Virus record (IMG/VR): IMGVR_UViG_3300035210_000116
Source: an uncultured virus (IMG/VR IMGVR_UViG_3300035210_000116)
Taxonomy: Duplodnaviria > Heunggongvirae > Uroviricota > Caudoviricetes
Length of the DNA: 64,000 nucleotides
Reading direction: 5' to 3' (one strand)
In this document: positions 52,970-63,461 of the stretch, piece after piece
Position numbering within the stretch: position 1 is the stretch's first letter
Layout of the letters: the number at the start of each line of letters is the position of its first letter
Position numbers and translations under genes: made by a program
The notes under the pieces: model-generated
Database searches by the model: none
Told to the model about the DNA's origin: nothing
Seen by the model: only the letters and a program-made list of their open reading frames with translations

Positions 52970-53467
52970 GTGACGAATCACAAGCTAGACACTGATTCAG
53001 CAGTATTTTTCTACGAGCAGGAGTTCTACGCCCTGTCGAACTTCTCGAGTTTCAGACTTATGTGGTCGGGCATAGACTTTGATACCGTAGAACACGCCTA
53101 TCACTGGTCTAAGTTTACTCAGACAGTTGACCCACTCATTGGTGCTGGAATACGGTCCATGATACGGAGTGCTCGCTCAGCACATGAAGCCTACAAGCTC
53201 GCGCAAGAGTGCAAGGAGTACGTACGACCAGACTGGCTCGCAGTCAGAAACGACGAGATGAGGTACCTCCTTGCCGCCAAGTTACGCCAGCATCACTACG
53301 TCTGGCAGAAGCTATTACAGACTGGCGATCGGCTCCTGGTAGAAGACTCATGGAGAGATTCCTACTGGGGCATCGGTCCCGATGGAGACGGAGAAAACAA
53401 TCTTGGTAAGATCTGGATGGGTATAAGAACTCGCCTACGTGAAGAGATAGCCCGTGACGATAGTTAG
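52970..53467 (+). CDS. NADAR (YbiA-like) protein
   Basis: LSNFS, TVEHAYH..KF, RPDW, LLQTGDR.LVEDS..DSYWG.G..G.GEN.LGK.WM.IR. Confidence 0.92.
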   Translation: MTNHKLDTDSAVFFYEQEFYALSNFSSFRLMWSGIDFDTVEHAYHWSKFTQTVDPLIGAGIRSMIRSARSAHEAYKLAQECKEYVRPDWLAVRNDEMRYLLAAKLRQHHYVWQKLLQTGDRLLVEDSWRDSYWGIGPDGDGENNLGKIWMGIRTRLREEIARDDS

Positions 53468-53939
53468 AAAGTGTTTCTGCGATTCCGATCTCCACATGTT
53501 TGACGTGCTCTCTCCTTTCATGGAGCTAACTGAACCGCCCACTCCTTGGAATAGGACCTGGATGGGCGACCTGGTGTGGTACGTCAAGCTCTGCGAGATG
53601 GCCGGATTCTGTTCTACCGACGACGGGATCCGACTCTGCGCTAGGCGCTGGCTTTCTGGCAAGCGGAAAGTCACAGCGCCTGGAACCCAGCGGAGAAAGG
53701 ACGCGGAGAAGGCTCGCAGAAAACTCCTCGCGGCAGTGCCACAGGAGCTCCTAGAAGCCCTCAAGATGGCATCCCAAACACAGGCCGCCGAACAGTACCG
53801 GGGAGGGTCGGAGAAGGCCCTGAACAGCCTTATAGGCTTCGTGATGAGGCGCTACGTGGCTGCCACGAAGGTTTCCGCACAGGTCGTCAGAGAACTTTTA
53901 ATAGAAACACTGAATAAAAAGCTTGCGCCATCCGTATAG
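53454..53939 (+). CDS. Protein with a GatB/YqeY-like C-terminal tail
   Basis: AAEQYRGGSEKALNSLIGFVMR......SAQVVRELL...L. Confidence 0.6.
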   Translation: MTIVRKCFCDSDLHMFDVLSPFMELTEPPTPWNRTWMGDLVWYVKLCEMAGFCSTDDGIRLCARRWLSGKRKVTAPGTQRRKDAEKARRKLLAAVPQELLEALKMASQTQAAEQYRGGSEKALNSLIGFVMRRYVAATKVSAQVVRELLIETLNKKLAPSV

Positions 53940-54414
53940 CGCGCGTATACTTAATTCTCACCGGGGCTTCGGCCCCACCGTTTTGAGGAAGTTTATGTTT
54001 TTACACATTTCGGTCGCTACCGACTGCGCCCTGCTTCTGGCATCGCTACCACGAGGAGTTCTCCTCTGCAAGAAATTCAAATCTTGCGACGACAATTTCG
54101 TCTGCGACAACAAGAATTTCGCTTGGGGAGGTATATTCCTCAATGAACCAGAATCAGATGATCGCTATTGCGTGGCTAGTTTCCCTCTGGAAGACGCAGG
54201 TAATTTCCTGCGTGCCTTTGAGGATAGGAGCTTCACTTCACAAGCTGTTAATCAGCTAGTGTACTGGGCTTACCAGGTGGTAAAGAGTGGCCGCGGCCTG
54301 CTTCTATTGGAGGAGGCGCACATCCCTCAAGACATTATCGAGCAGTACAAGGCACAGGCTGACCTGTTGCCCATAAAGTACTCGCTACACAGTAATTAAA
54401 CAGGACCCAGTTGT

Positions 54415-57400
54415 ATGAATCAGACTAAATATCTTCCAACTCAGTACCAAGAATTTATAGCACTTAGTCGGTATTCAAGATTCCGCGCAGACATTGGTCG
54501 CCGTGAGACTTGGCCCGAGACCGTAGACAGGCTAATAACTTTTTGGAAAGGCCGTTTTCCTGAATTGTCTACGATTTTGGATGGCCTAGGCGATTCAATC
54601 GAGAGCCTAGAGGTCATGCCTTCGATGAGAAGTTTAATGACCGCCGGGCCAGCTCTTGATCGTTCTGAGATTGCGGCTTTTAACTGTACGTACGCGGCTA
54701 TATCTGGCAAAGGGCCAGAAGTTTTACTATGGGATGAGAAACTGCGCGAACTTGGCCATGACGAGCCGATAAAGATCAAGATACATAATCCTCTTATATT
54801 TGATGAGTCGTTTTTTATTCTACTCAATGGTACTGGTTTTGGTTTTTCTGTTGAGAGGCAGTTAATCGTCGATCTACCGACTATCGGCAAAGTACTTTCT
54901 CGCTCAATCTACAAAAAAACGGCTAAGAACTTTCCCAAAGTACCTAAAGAGGACCTGTCTTCTTATGACAAGAAGACCAATACCATAATAGTAGCTGATA
55001 GTAAAGAAGGATGGGCTTCTGCGCTGCGTATTTTTATTGTCGAGATGTACAACGGTAATTTCAAAGTACACATCGACGTATCTGGCGTGCGCCCCGCAGG
55101 AATGCCGCTCAAAGTTTTTGGCGGGAGGAGTTCAGGTCCTGACATGTTAGTAGATATGTTGGAAAAACTTAGACTTATTTTTATAGCAGCGAACGGTAGG
55201 AAACTTACTTCCGTAGAATGCCACGATGTTTTATGCTTCATAGCGCAGGCCGTAATTTCGGGAGGCGTTCGTCGTAGTAGTTTGATATCGTTGAGTAATC
55301 TGTCGGACGAACGGATCCGGTATGCTAAATCCGGCAATTGGTGGGAAGAAAATCCGCAACGCTCGCTGGCAAATAACTCAGTTGCTTATACTGAGAAACC
55401 AGAGATTGGGCAGTTTATGCGAGAGTGGCAGTCTCTGTACGAGTCAAGGAGCGGCGAGAGAGGAATTTTCAACCGGGGCGCGGCCAAACAGGCAGCCGAT
55501 AGGATAGGACGTGATAGCTCTTATGAGTTTGGCACGAATCCTTGCGTTCGTGGCGATACAATGATTCTAACAAAAGCAGGACATTTTCAGATAAAAGATT
55601 TGGTAGGTAAAACCGTAGAAGTTTGGGATGGCGCGCAGTGGGTGGAGATTGACAACTTCCGTGTGACAGGTACTGACCAAGAGGTATGGAAGGTAACTTT
55701 ACATGATGGGTCTGAGATTATAGCGACCCCGTACCATACGTTTATAACGGAAGGTGGCGACAGGGTAAAACTAAACGAGTTAGAGGTTGGCGATCGACTA
55801 GCATATTCAGAGGCCCCCGAAACCCACGGCACTATCGAAGAACCCGGAGCTTATGCAAAAGGTTTCGCACTTGGTGACGGTTCGCATACGGCGAGTAACG
55901 TGGATAATCCTCTCCTGTGGGTCTATGCGCCTAAGTTCGTGTGCGAAGACCGCCTTATAGAATCGCTTAATGAATTACCAGTGTCTGCTCCACGCACGGG
56001 AGCCATTACGGAGGTTGGTATTTGCCCAGCTGGCAAGGTTCGGCATAGGGTAACAGGGCTGTCTGTTCGTAAGTCGTTACTCCCGTGGTGTACTGAGTAT
56101 AAGGACGGACTACCATCTGATGTTTTTAACTGGACCAAACACGCAAAAGCAGAGTTTTTAGCCGGATTGTTCGATAGTGATGGGACCGCAAGTGACACAA
56201 AGAATGGTTTCATGTACCAACTTACTTCAGTAAGTAGAAAGTTGCTGCTAGACGTGCAGCTACTGCTCAAATCACTCGGAGTACAGTCAAAACTTATGTT
56301 GACTAAGGCAGCTGGCATTAAGGATTTTGGCCCCGAGCGTGGTGGATTTTGCCCTGTTAAGGCGGCTTATCGCTTGACTATAAGCCAGTCAAGCTCGATA
56401 GAACTAGCAAAACAACTTACGTTTTCCAGGTTGGCATCCTTTGCCACAAAGACTACGGCGTACAAAGTAAAGTCTAAGACCAACAAGATTGTATCCATTG
56501 AGCCAGCTGGCGTAGAGGATAATGTATACTGCTGCACCGTGCCAACTAACCACAAGGTTTCGCTAAGTAACGGAATTATAACGGGGCAGTGTGGTGAAAT
56601 TGTTCTGCGCGACGCCCAAGCATGTAATCTAACATCCATTGTAGTTAGGGAAGAGGATACGCTTGATACGCTGAAAGAAAAAGCGGAAAAAGCAACTATA
56701 CTTGGTACATTGCAATCTACGCTGACAGATTTCTCCTATCTTTCTCCTATATGGAAGGAGAACTGCGAGGAAGAGAGATTACTAGGTGTTTCGATGACCG
56801 GTACCATGGATCATCCAGTCCTATCGCACGTGTCAGACGAAGCCAAACGCTGGTTAGACGAACTACGTGCCGTAACGAAGGCAGTAAATGAAGAATGGGC
56901 TGCTAAACTTGGGATAAATAAGTCGGCCGCTATAACGTGCTCGAAACCAGAAGGAACCTCAAGTCAGTTAAATAATACGGCCAGTGGTTTACACGCAAGG
57001 CACTCTCCATATTATATTCGCCGGGTTAGGGCAGATGATAAAGACCCACTGGGCATCGTAATGGAGGCCCAAGGTTACCCTTGTGAACCTGATTTAATGC
57101 AGCGAGCAACAAAGGTGTTTTCTTTCCCCGTTAAATCTCCGAAGTCAGCTGTGTTTAGGGATGATAGAACAGCCTTGGAACAACTAGAATACTGGTTAAT
57201 GTTCAAGCAACACTGGACAGATCACAATCCTTCTATAACAATATCTGTTAAAGAAAAAGAATGGATAGAAGTTGCGGCCTGGGTATATAAAAATTTCGAA
57301 GAAGTTTGTGGCCTTAGTTTCCTACCCTTTTCAAATCATGTTTACAAGCAGGCCCCTTTTGACGAAATCACAAAAGAGCAGTATGAGGCAATGTTAGCAG

Positions 57401-57510
57401 TACTTCCAGAAGGAATAGATTACGAGGCTCTTAGTAGGTTAGAGACTACGGACCAGACTATTGGAGTTCAGGAATTCGCATGTTCATCGGGAAGTTGTGA
57501 ATTATTGTAA
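54415..57510 (+). CDS. nrdJ: Class II (B12-dependent) ribonucleotide reductase with intein
   Basis: RRETW.ETV.R, PSMR, FNC, GGVRRS, GTNP/CGEI, KPEGT, C-terminal CSSGSCE. Confidence 0.93.
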   Translation: MNQTKYLPTQYQEFIALSRYSRFRADIGRRETWPETVDRLITFWKGRFPELSTILDGLGDSIESLEVMPSMRSLMTAGPALDRSEIAAFNCTYAAISGKGPEVLLWDEKLRELGHDEPIKIKIHNPLIFDESFFILLNGTGFGFSVERQLIVDLPTIGKVLSRSIYKKTAKNFPKVPKEDLSSYDKKTNTIIVADSKEGWASALRIFIVEMYNGNFKVHIDVSGVRPAGMPLKVFGGRSSGPDMLVDMLEKLRLIFIAANGRKLTSVECHDVLCFIAQAVISGGVRRSSLISLSNLSDERIRYAKSGNWWEENPQRSLANNSVAYTEKPEIGQFMREWQSLYESRSGERGIFNRGAAKQAADRIGRDSSYEFGTNPCVRGDTMILTKAGHFQIKDLVGKTVEVWDGAQWVEIDNFRVTGTDQEVWKVTLHDGSEIIATPYHTFITEGGDRVKLNELEVGDRLAYSEAPETHGTIEEPGAYAKGFALGDGSHTASNVDNPLLWVYAPKFVCEDRLIESLNELPVSAPRTGAITEVGICPAGKVRHRVTGLSVRKSLLPWCTEYKDGLPSDVFNWTKHAKAEFLAGLFDSDGTASDTKNGFMYQLTSVSRKLLLDVQLLLKSLGVQSKLMLTKAAGIKDFGPERGGFCPVKAAYRLTISQSSSIELAKQLTFSRLASFATKTTAYKVKSKTNKIVSIEPAGVEDNVYCCTVPTNHKVSLSNGIITGQCGEIVLRDAQACNLTSIVVREEDTLDTLKEKAEKATILGTLQSTLTDFSYLSPIWKENCEEERLLGVSMTGTMDHPVLSHVSDEAKRWLDELRAVTKAVNEEWAAKLGINKSAAITCSKPEGTSSQLNNTASGLHARHSPYYIRRVRADDKDPLGIVMEAQGYPCEPDLMQRATKVFSFPVKSPKSAVFRDDRTALEQLEYWLMFKQHWTDHNPSITISVKEKEWIEVAAWVYKNFEEVCGLSFLPFSNHVYKQAPFDEITKEQYEAMLAVLPEGIDYEALSRLETTDQTIGVQEFACSSGSCELL
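55543..56589 (+). mobile_element. Intein with LAGLIDADG endonuclease and C-terminal Gln, inserted just before the RNR catalytic Cys
   Basis: NP/CVRGDT...TPYH...FLAGLFDSDG...VYC...ITGQ/CGE. Confidence 0.9.
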
Positions 57511-58113
57511 AACGAGGTTACTATGAAAATTAAACTCGGTGCCGCGTCAAACGCGGTCGGCCACACGTGGTTTGAAGGTGATTACCCAGAGTATAGCGTA
57601 AGAGACGGTTTTGTAGAGCTGGATACGCTCGCAGACCTTTACGCTTTAAGAGAAGTTTCAGGGTACGATCTTATAGTTACAGAAGACGGTATTATGATCT
57701 ATGATTCGTGCATAGAATAAATGCAGTAAAGGCCCCGACCAGACACTTGGAGCCCAAGAGTTTGCATGTTCGTCGGGAAGTTGTGAAATTCTATGACCAT
57801 TTAGGAATTACGATGGAACTAAAAGATCTTTCTTTACATCACCCAATAGTATGCACGTATCGTAAGGGCTACAACTGGAACGCGATAGTGGAAATCGAGT
57901 TTCTTAAATTCTCGCTAAACAAGAAGGCTGTACTAGTTAGTGTGTCTGCAGCCCTCCCCATGAATCTGACTAGTATTAATCGTCACACATGGTACGCCAT
58001 GGAGGACATTGACACCGTGTTTGTTTTTCTCGATGAAGTAGCATAGTCACAAAGCCCCTTTTTAGGGGCTTTGTGCTATACTTGCTTAACTATTATCTAC
58101 CTAGGACCAATTT

Positions 58114-58815
58114 ATGTCTACGATGAACGGAGCCCAACTATTACTACGTAGTCGTCAGCTAAGTGATGACCTTGTGGAGCCATATTATGTCTCAGATGAA
58201 GAAATGATGGCATATATCACTGACGCCCAGCTTCAACTAGCGGTAGCAGGCAAGTTACTTCGCGCCGTGAAGAGCTACGCTGTAAAAGAAAACGACAGAT
58301 GGGTACCTCTCGGCGATTCTCCGGTGATCCTGGAGTTTAGGCAAGCGATGCTACTCGATGCGAACAACAGACGCTACCCTCTGCGTTGTCAGGGTACCAT
58401 GGACTCGCTTCCATCTAGAGGTAATTTCAACGACTATGGCCTTATTGGGCAGTCAGATGTTTTGAAGCCAAGTCGCCCAAAAGCACTGATTTTCGGCAAA
58501 ATGGTGGACTCATTTGAGCTTTCTCCGATATCGGACGGAAGCTATACTATCGAAGCGTCCGTGGTTACTTATCCGTTAGACGATATAGCTTCAGATATGG
58601 ATGAGCCCGAGATTCAGGCACGCTTCCATATTCATATTCCAATTGGCGCTGCTCTAACGGCTATCCAGTCTACTGAAAATGAGCACTCCCAGTCAAAAGT
58701 TCAGGGGCTACAAGCAGCCTGGCAAAGAGCGCTCATAAAGGTGGCTGAAGACACGAAGGCAGTTTCTCGTGATTCGGCAGTAGTTAATTTCAACAACGAT
58801 TTTTGGGACTTTTAA
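58114..58815 (+). CDS. Probable head-tail adaptor protein
   Basis: R..SDD..EPY..SDEE...YI.DAQ and EPEI..RFH motifs; adjacent to portal. Confidence 0.55.
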   Translation: MSTMNGAQLLLRSRQLSDDLVEPYYVSDEEMMAYITDAQLQLAVAGKLLRAVKSYAVKENDRWVPLGDSPVILEFRQAMLLDANNRRYPLRCQGTMDSLPSRGNFNDYGLIGQSDVLKPSRPKALIFGKMVDSFELSPISDGSYTIEASVVTYPLDDIASDMDEPEIQARFHIHIPIGAALTAIQSTENEHSQSKVQGLQAAWQRALIKVAEDTKAVSRDSAVVNFNNDFWDF

Positions 58816-58816
58816 T

Positions 58817-61249
58817 ATGGCAACAGAGCGTGATTTAGCTTTAGAAAATCGCCAGGTATACAAGTGGATACGTGATTCAGGTCACCAAGAATATGTTGCG
58901 CAAGCAATTTCCTGTGACCGGTTCGTCCAGGGTTTACAGTGGTCACCAGAGGCTCTGGCGAATTTAGGCGCTCGTCGCAAACCACACCTCACGATTAACA
59001 AGCTACTGGCAACCTATGCTGCTTTAGCTGCTGAACAGGTCTCTCGTGGTGGAGACGTTAGTTTCAGAACCTCCGCTGGTGGCGACCCAAAGACGGCTGC
59101 GACGATAGACAAGCTGTGGCTCAACTTCTCATACGATCAGAATAGAGAGCACCTGGAAAGTCTCATGTTCAAGGATGGAGTAATTCGCTCCCGTGGATTC
59201 ATGGACTTGCGCATTAACTTTGACGAATCGATGCGAGGAGAACCTGTCCTAAGCTACCTGAATAGCAAGGATGTTGGTCTTTATCCAGGCGACAATGGGC
59301 ATGATCCGGACGACTGGACGGGCCTTCTAATATCTCGCTGGCTTACGGCCCGGGATATAACAGAAATATATGGCAAGCACCTAAACGACGTGCTTCTGTA
59401 TGCCGATACCCCCGAGCTTGATTGTGACTACGTTGACTGGCGCAAGGACTCCTTCGGTACCCTCATGCACGAGTCTATGATGATCTCTCCGGATCAGCGG
59501 GCCAAGTACAGATTACTGCGCGTCCTAGAACGCCAAGAGTATGAGTACAAAAACGTACAGTGCTTCGTAGATCAGCCAACAGGCGAGGTTCGTGAAGTTC
59601 CCCAAACGTGGGATTATGATCGTATCTCAGAGGCTGTCGCACAATTTGGCTACGGCGTAATACGTAGACGCGTTAAGAAGATAAACTGGATCGTGACTGT
59701 TGGAGATATGCTGTTACATCATTCTATAAGTCCATACCGGCACTTCACTCCTATTCCGTACTTCCCGTTCATAATCGGCGGCAAGCCCGTCGGTATTGTT
59801 GAACAGCTGCGCGATCCGCAGAACTTGCTCAATAAGACCCTGAGTCAGGAGCTACACATCGTTGCGGGTATTGCCAACAGTGGATTTAAGGTTCAAGAAG
59901 GTGCACTCGCTAACATGACTCCAGAGCAGCTGCAGGAGCGTGGTAGTGAGGACGGCATAGTAATCGTCGTCAACGGGGAGCTAAACAAGGTCGACAAGTT
60001 GATCCCTAACCAGGTACCTTCGGGGCTTGATAGGCTTCACTACACCGCGGGTGAAGTGATGCAACAGATTTCCCTGGTAAACGACTCTATGCAGGGTATG
60101 AACCGTGCCGATGAGTCGGGCAAGGCCATCGAGCGCAAGTCAGCCCAAGGTTCTTCTGCCCTGGCACCTATTTTCGCTTCTCTCGATCAGTCGAGAAGAA
60201 TCTTAGCGAGAAATTGGTTAGATCTAACCCAGCAGTTCGTAACTGAAGAAAGGGTGTACCACATCACCAACAGGGCTAAGACGGCTCAAACCGAGCAGGT
60301 TCAGGTGAACCAAGAGCAGTGGGACGGATCTTTCCTCAACGATCTAACAGTTGGAGAGTACATGATCCAGGTCACAGACGTTCGGTCCCGTGACTCCTAC
60401 GATCAGAATCAGTTCGACATAATGATGCAGATGATTCGCGAGGGAGCTCCTATTCCTTGGTCTGAGGTCGTAAATAGCTTGACAATCCTCGAAAATCGTG
60501 ATGAAATAGTGCAGTTCCTGAAGCAACAGGAAGGCCAGGTCGATCCATCTGAGGAAGACAAGAAGAAGAAAGAGCTTGAAATCAGACTTATGGAAGCTGA
60601 CGCTTCGGACAAGGAATCTTCGGCAGCCGTTAAGAATGCCCAGGCCCAGAAGCATACTACTGAAACTCAAAAAACCGCTCAAGGGGATACAAAAGAGCTT
60701 GACAAAATAAATGCAGAAGCTTACACTAAGCAGCAAGAGATGGAACTAAAGGGACGACAAGATGAGCAGAAAGCGGCTCTTGAGAGAGAAAAGATGCAGG
60801 CTGAAATGCAGATCGCTAGGGAGAAAGCCCAGATGGACGCGGAACTAGCTAGAGCTAAGCTGCAGTTTGAAAAAGAGAAGCAGCAGATGGAGCTACAGTT
60901 CCAGCGCGAAAAGAACCAGATGGAACTCGCCAAACTTCGCGCTACTATGGACTTACAACAGCAACAAGCTGGTATGCAGATGGAGACTACTAGACAGCAG
61001 ACTGCGGCCAAGCAGGAGCAGACCGACATGCAGATGCAGGCGAAGCAGCAGGAAATACAGATGGATATGGAGAATTCTAGACAACAATCCGAACTGGATT
61101 TTGCTAGTTCACAGAGAGACGCGGAGTTAAAGCACGATACAGCGAGGCAACGGTCAGAAATGAAGAACAAGCAGGGTGAACAGTCCCTAAAATTGGCTGC
61201 CCAACACGCAGCACTTAAGCCTAAATCTAAAACTGGAGACAGTAAATGA
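58817..61249 (+). CDS. Portal protein (P22/N4-like) with long Q/E-rich coiled-coil C-terminus
   Basis: G.QW, P.LTINK, G.V..L.DPQ..LNK..S, SGKAI..K..QG, ND.TVG.Y. Confidence 0.9.
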   Translation: MATERDLALENRQVYKWIRDSGHQEYVAQAISCDRFVQGLQWSPEALANLGARRKPHLTINKLLATYAALAAEQVSRGGDVSFRTSAGGDPKTAATIDKLWLNFSYDQNREHLESLMFKDGVIRSRGFMDLRINFDESMRGEPVLSYLNSKDVGLYPGDNGHDPDDWTGLLISRWLTARDITEIYGKHLNDVLLYADTPELDCDYVDWRKDSFGTLMHESMMISPDQRAKYRLLRVLERQEYEYKNVQCFVDQPTGEVREVPQTWDYDRISEAVAQFGYGVIRRRVKKINWIVTVGDMLLHHSISPYRHFTPIPYFPFIIGGKPVGIVEQLRDPQNLLNKTLSQELHIVAGIANSGFKVQEGALANMTPEQLQERGSEDGIVIVVNGELNKVDKLIPNQVPSGLDRLHYTAGEVMQQISLVNDSMQGMNRADESGKAIERKSAQGSSALAPIFASLDQSRRILARNWLDLTQQFVTEERVYHITNRAKTAQTEQVQVNQEQWDGSFLNDLTVGEYMIQVTDVRSRDSYDQNQFDIMMQMIREGAPIPWSEVVNSLTILENRDEIVQFLKQQEGQVDPSEEDKKKKELEIRLMEADASDKESSAAVKNAQAQKHTTETQKTAQGDTKELDKINAEAYTKQQEMELKGRQDEQKAALEREKMQAEMQIAREKAQMDAELARAKLQFEKEKQQMELQFQREKNQMELAKLRATMDLQQQQAGMQMETTRQQTAAKQEQTDMQMQAKQQEIQMDMENSRQQSELDFASSQRDAELKHDTARQRSEMKNKQGEQSLKLAAQHAALKPKSKTGDSK

Positions 61250-62074
61250 AAGAACAATATGAAGCCCTTCTAGCCACCGCCCGCGAATTCGAGCAATTCG
61301 CAGCGGATTATCCTGGTGAGAATGGCCCCGAGTGGAGAAACCGCATCCACGAGGTCTTGGTATTTCTCGACGGAGTAAAGGGCGAGGCTATCAAGGAATA
61401 AGATGTACAAACCTGTAGAAACCCACACGCGGTTTCTATCATCCCACGGACTAGAACTAACCCCAATTGCCTCTCTACAAGAGGGGCAAAATGGGTTGTG
61501 TCATATAGTTCTCGATGATGGTTGCTATGCCGCATATCTATTTAACGAGTGGACAGGGTTCGTGCCGACAGAGTATATCTTCGCCGAACTCCACGAAGCT
61601 CTTGCGAGATTACCCACACCATGTTAAACAAGAAACAAAAAAGTGCTGTAACTGACGTCCTGCATGCGGCTAAGATACTGGCTTTTGAAACTAGAGAAAG
61701 GCTTCGCGCAAAGTACTTCGCGGCAGAAAAGTGGATCACAACACGGCACGAGCACTCCAGAATCCGCGCTCTAGTAACTTCGCTTGATACTATATCGATA
61801 GACGATTTCCTGAAGATCTCGGAAGAGGATATAGAAGCGATAGAACTTGTTATCTTCTGCGTTGACACACCGCTGAATAGAATACGTGAAGCGTACAGGA
61901 GACTGGCGGCGAAGCCAACGTGGTGGTTCAACTGGGAGGAGACTTACGCAAGAACTCCTATACCCGACGACGACGTGCTAGCAAAGGTTCTTGAGGAGGC
62001 TACTGGGGCCGCCGAAGCAAGAGTACGGATCAAGGTCCGCGAAGAATTTGAACAACAACAGAGGAATACACAAA

Positions 62075-63139
62075 ATGGCTGAAAATACTACGTTCGAAGA
62101 TATTGATCTTGAACTAGACCCTGAGGAAGAAATAGCACAACTGGACGTTGAGGAGGAGGAAGAGGAAGAGGAAGAGGAAGATCTCAGCGCCCTGGAGGAG
62201 GAAGAGGAAGAGGAAGAGAAGCCTAAGGAGGAGCCGGAACCAGACGCTAAGTCTGTCCTCGAAGAGCTACGTGCAGAGCGCCAGCGGCTTCAGGCGCAGT
62301 TGAACGAACTGTCGGTTACAACAATGACAGACAGACGGCGTATGACCGAACTGGAAAAAGCTTTGCAGGAAAGCTCCAAACCTGCTGCCAAAGAAGTAGA
62401 GCAGGGTCCTACCCCTGAGCAGATCATTGGTCATCTTGACCACCGGATAAACCAGGTTGAAAAAGCTTTGGCTAAGGCTGAGCTGGAGGACCCATCAACT
62501 GCTCCTGAACTACGGAAGCAACTGCGCACACTGGAGCGACACTATAATAACTATACTACACAGCTTCATCTACAAGCTAACCAAGCTGTTGATCCTGATC
62601 TGGTAGTACAGCAAGCAGTAATCGAAACGAACCAGCAGAACCGGTTCCAAGCGGTACGTCAGCAGGTAACGGATCAGTTCCCGATTCTCGACAAGAATAG
62701 CAAGCACTACGACAAGGAGCTAGCAGACGAAATCCACTCGCTGTATAATCCGATGTTGAAGGATGGATACGATCCAGCTGATGCCCTGATGCGGACCGTA
62801 TCTTTGGTCACAGCGGCGAGAGGAATTCTTTCACTTGGCCAGTTAAGCGAGTGGCAGCAAGCACAACTCGAGGAAAAAGCCAAAGTGGAAGCGATGGGCA
62901 AAGCCGAGGCCGAAAAGAAGAAGGCCACTAGTACGCGCAAGACTGATGCCGTGACGCGCAACATCAAGGCCGCTACGGATACGCCACCTAATATCGCTAA
63001 CACAGGCAACGCCAACAGCGATACCGGCATCCTTGGCAAGTATGACCTCGCCAAGATGGGAATCAATGAATACATGCGGATGAGCGATGCGGAAGTACAA
63101 GCTCTTGAAGACGCCACTTTGGCGATGTGGGGAGATTAA
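62075..63139 (+). CDS. Probable scaffolding protein
   Basis: Poly-Glu N-terminus, coiled coil, located between portal and capsid genes. Confidence 0.7.
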   Translation: MAENTTFEDIDLELDPEEEIAQLDVEEEEEEEEEEDLSALEEEEEEEEKPKEEPEPDAKSVLEELRAERQRLQAQLNELSVTTMTDRRRMTELEKALQESSKPAAKEVEQGPTPEQIIGHLDHRINQVEKALAKAELEDPSTAPELRKQLRTLERHYNNYTTQLHLQANQAVDPDLVVQQAVIETNQQNRFQAVRQQVTDQFPILDKNSKHYDKELADEIHSLYNPMLKDGYDPADALMRTVSLVTAARGILSLGQLSEWQQAQLEEKAKVEAMGKAEAEKKKATSTRKTDAVTRNIKAATDTPPNIANTGNANSDTGILGKYDLAKMGINEYMRMSDAEVQALEDATLAMWGD

Positions 63140-63336
63140 TATGGAGAGTCCAAATTGTTTTTCAACGTGGCGGATCGAAGAGTTAGTCAGATCATGGCCA
63201 CTAGGATACGGGGAAATACCGCCGGTCCGCGAGCCAGAACTTCGTCCAATAGTGGACGCTACGCTCGGAGATCGCGTACTGTTTGCTTGGATGGTCTTTA
63301 CAGGCAAAGCTGACATCTTAGTCTGGTAAGAAACTT

Positions 63337-63360
63337 AACCCGCTTCGGCGGGTTTTCCTT
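63337..63360 (+). terminator. Intrinsic terminator
   Basis: AACCCGC-TTCG-GCGGGTT followed by TTCCTT. Confidence 0.7.
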
Positions 63361-63461
63361 GTGCAAAAAACAATAACTTATGGATGTGTTATACTCCGAA
63401 ATAGTAAAACTACTAAATCCCGCCACATAGCGGATTAAATATACTTAATTGGAGAAATACC

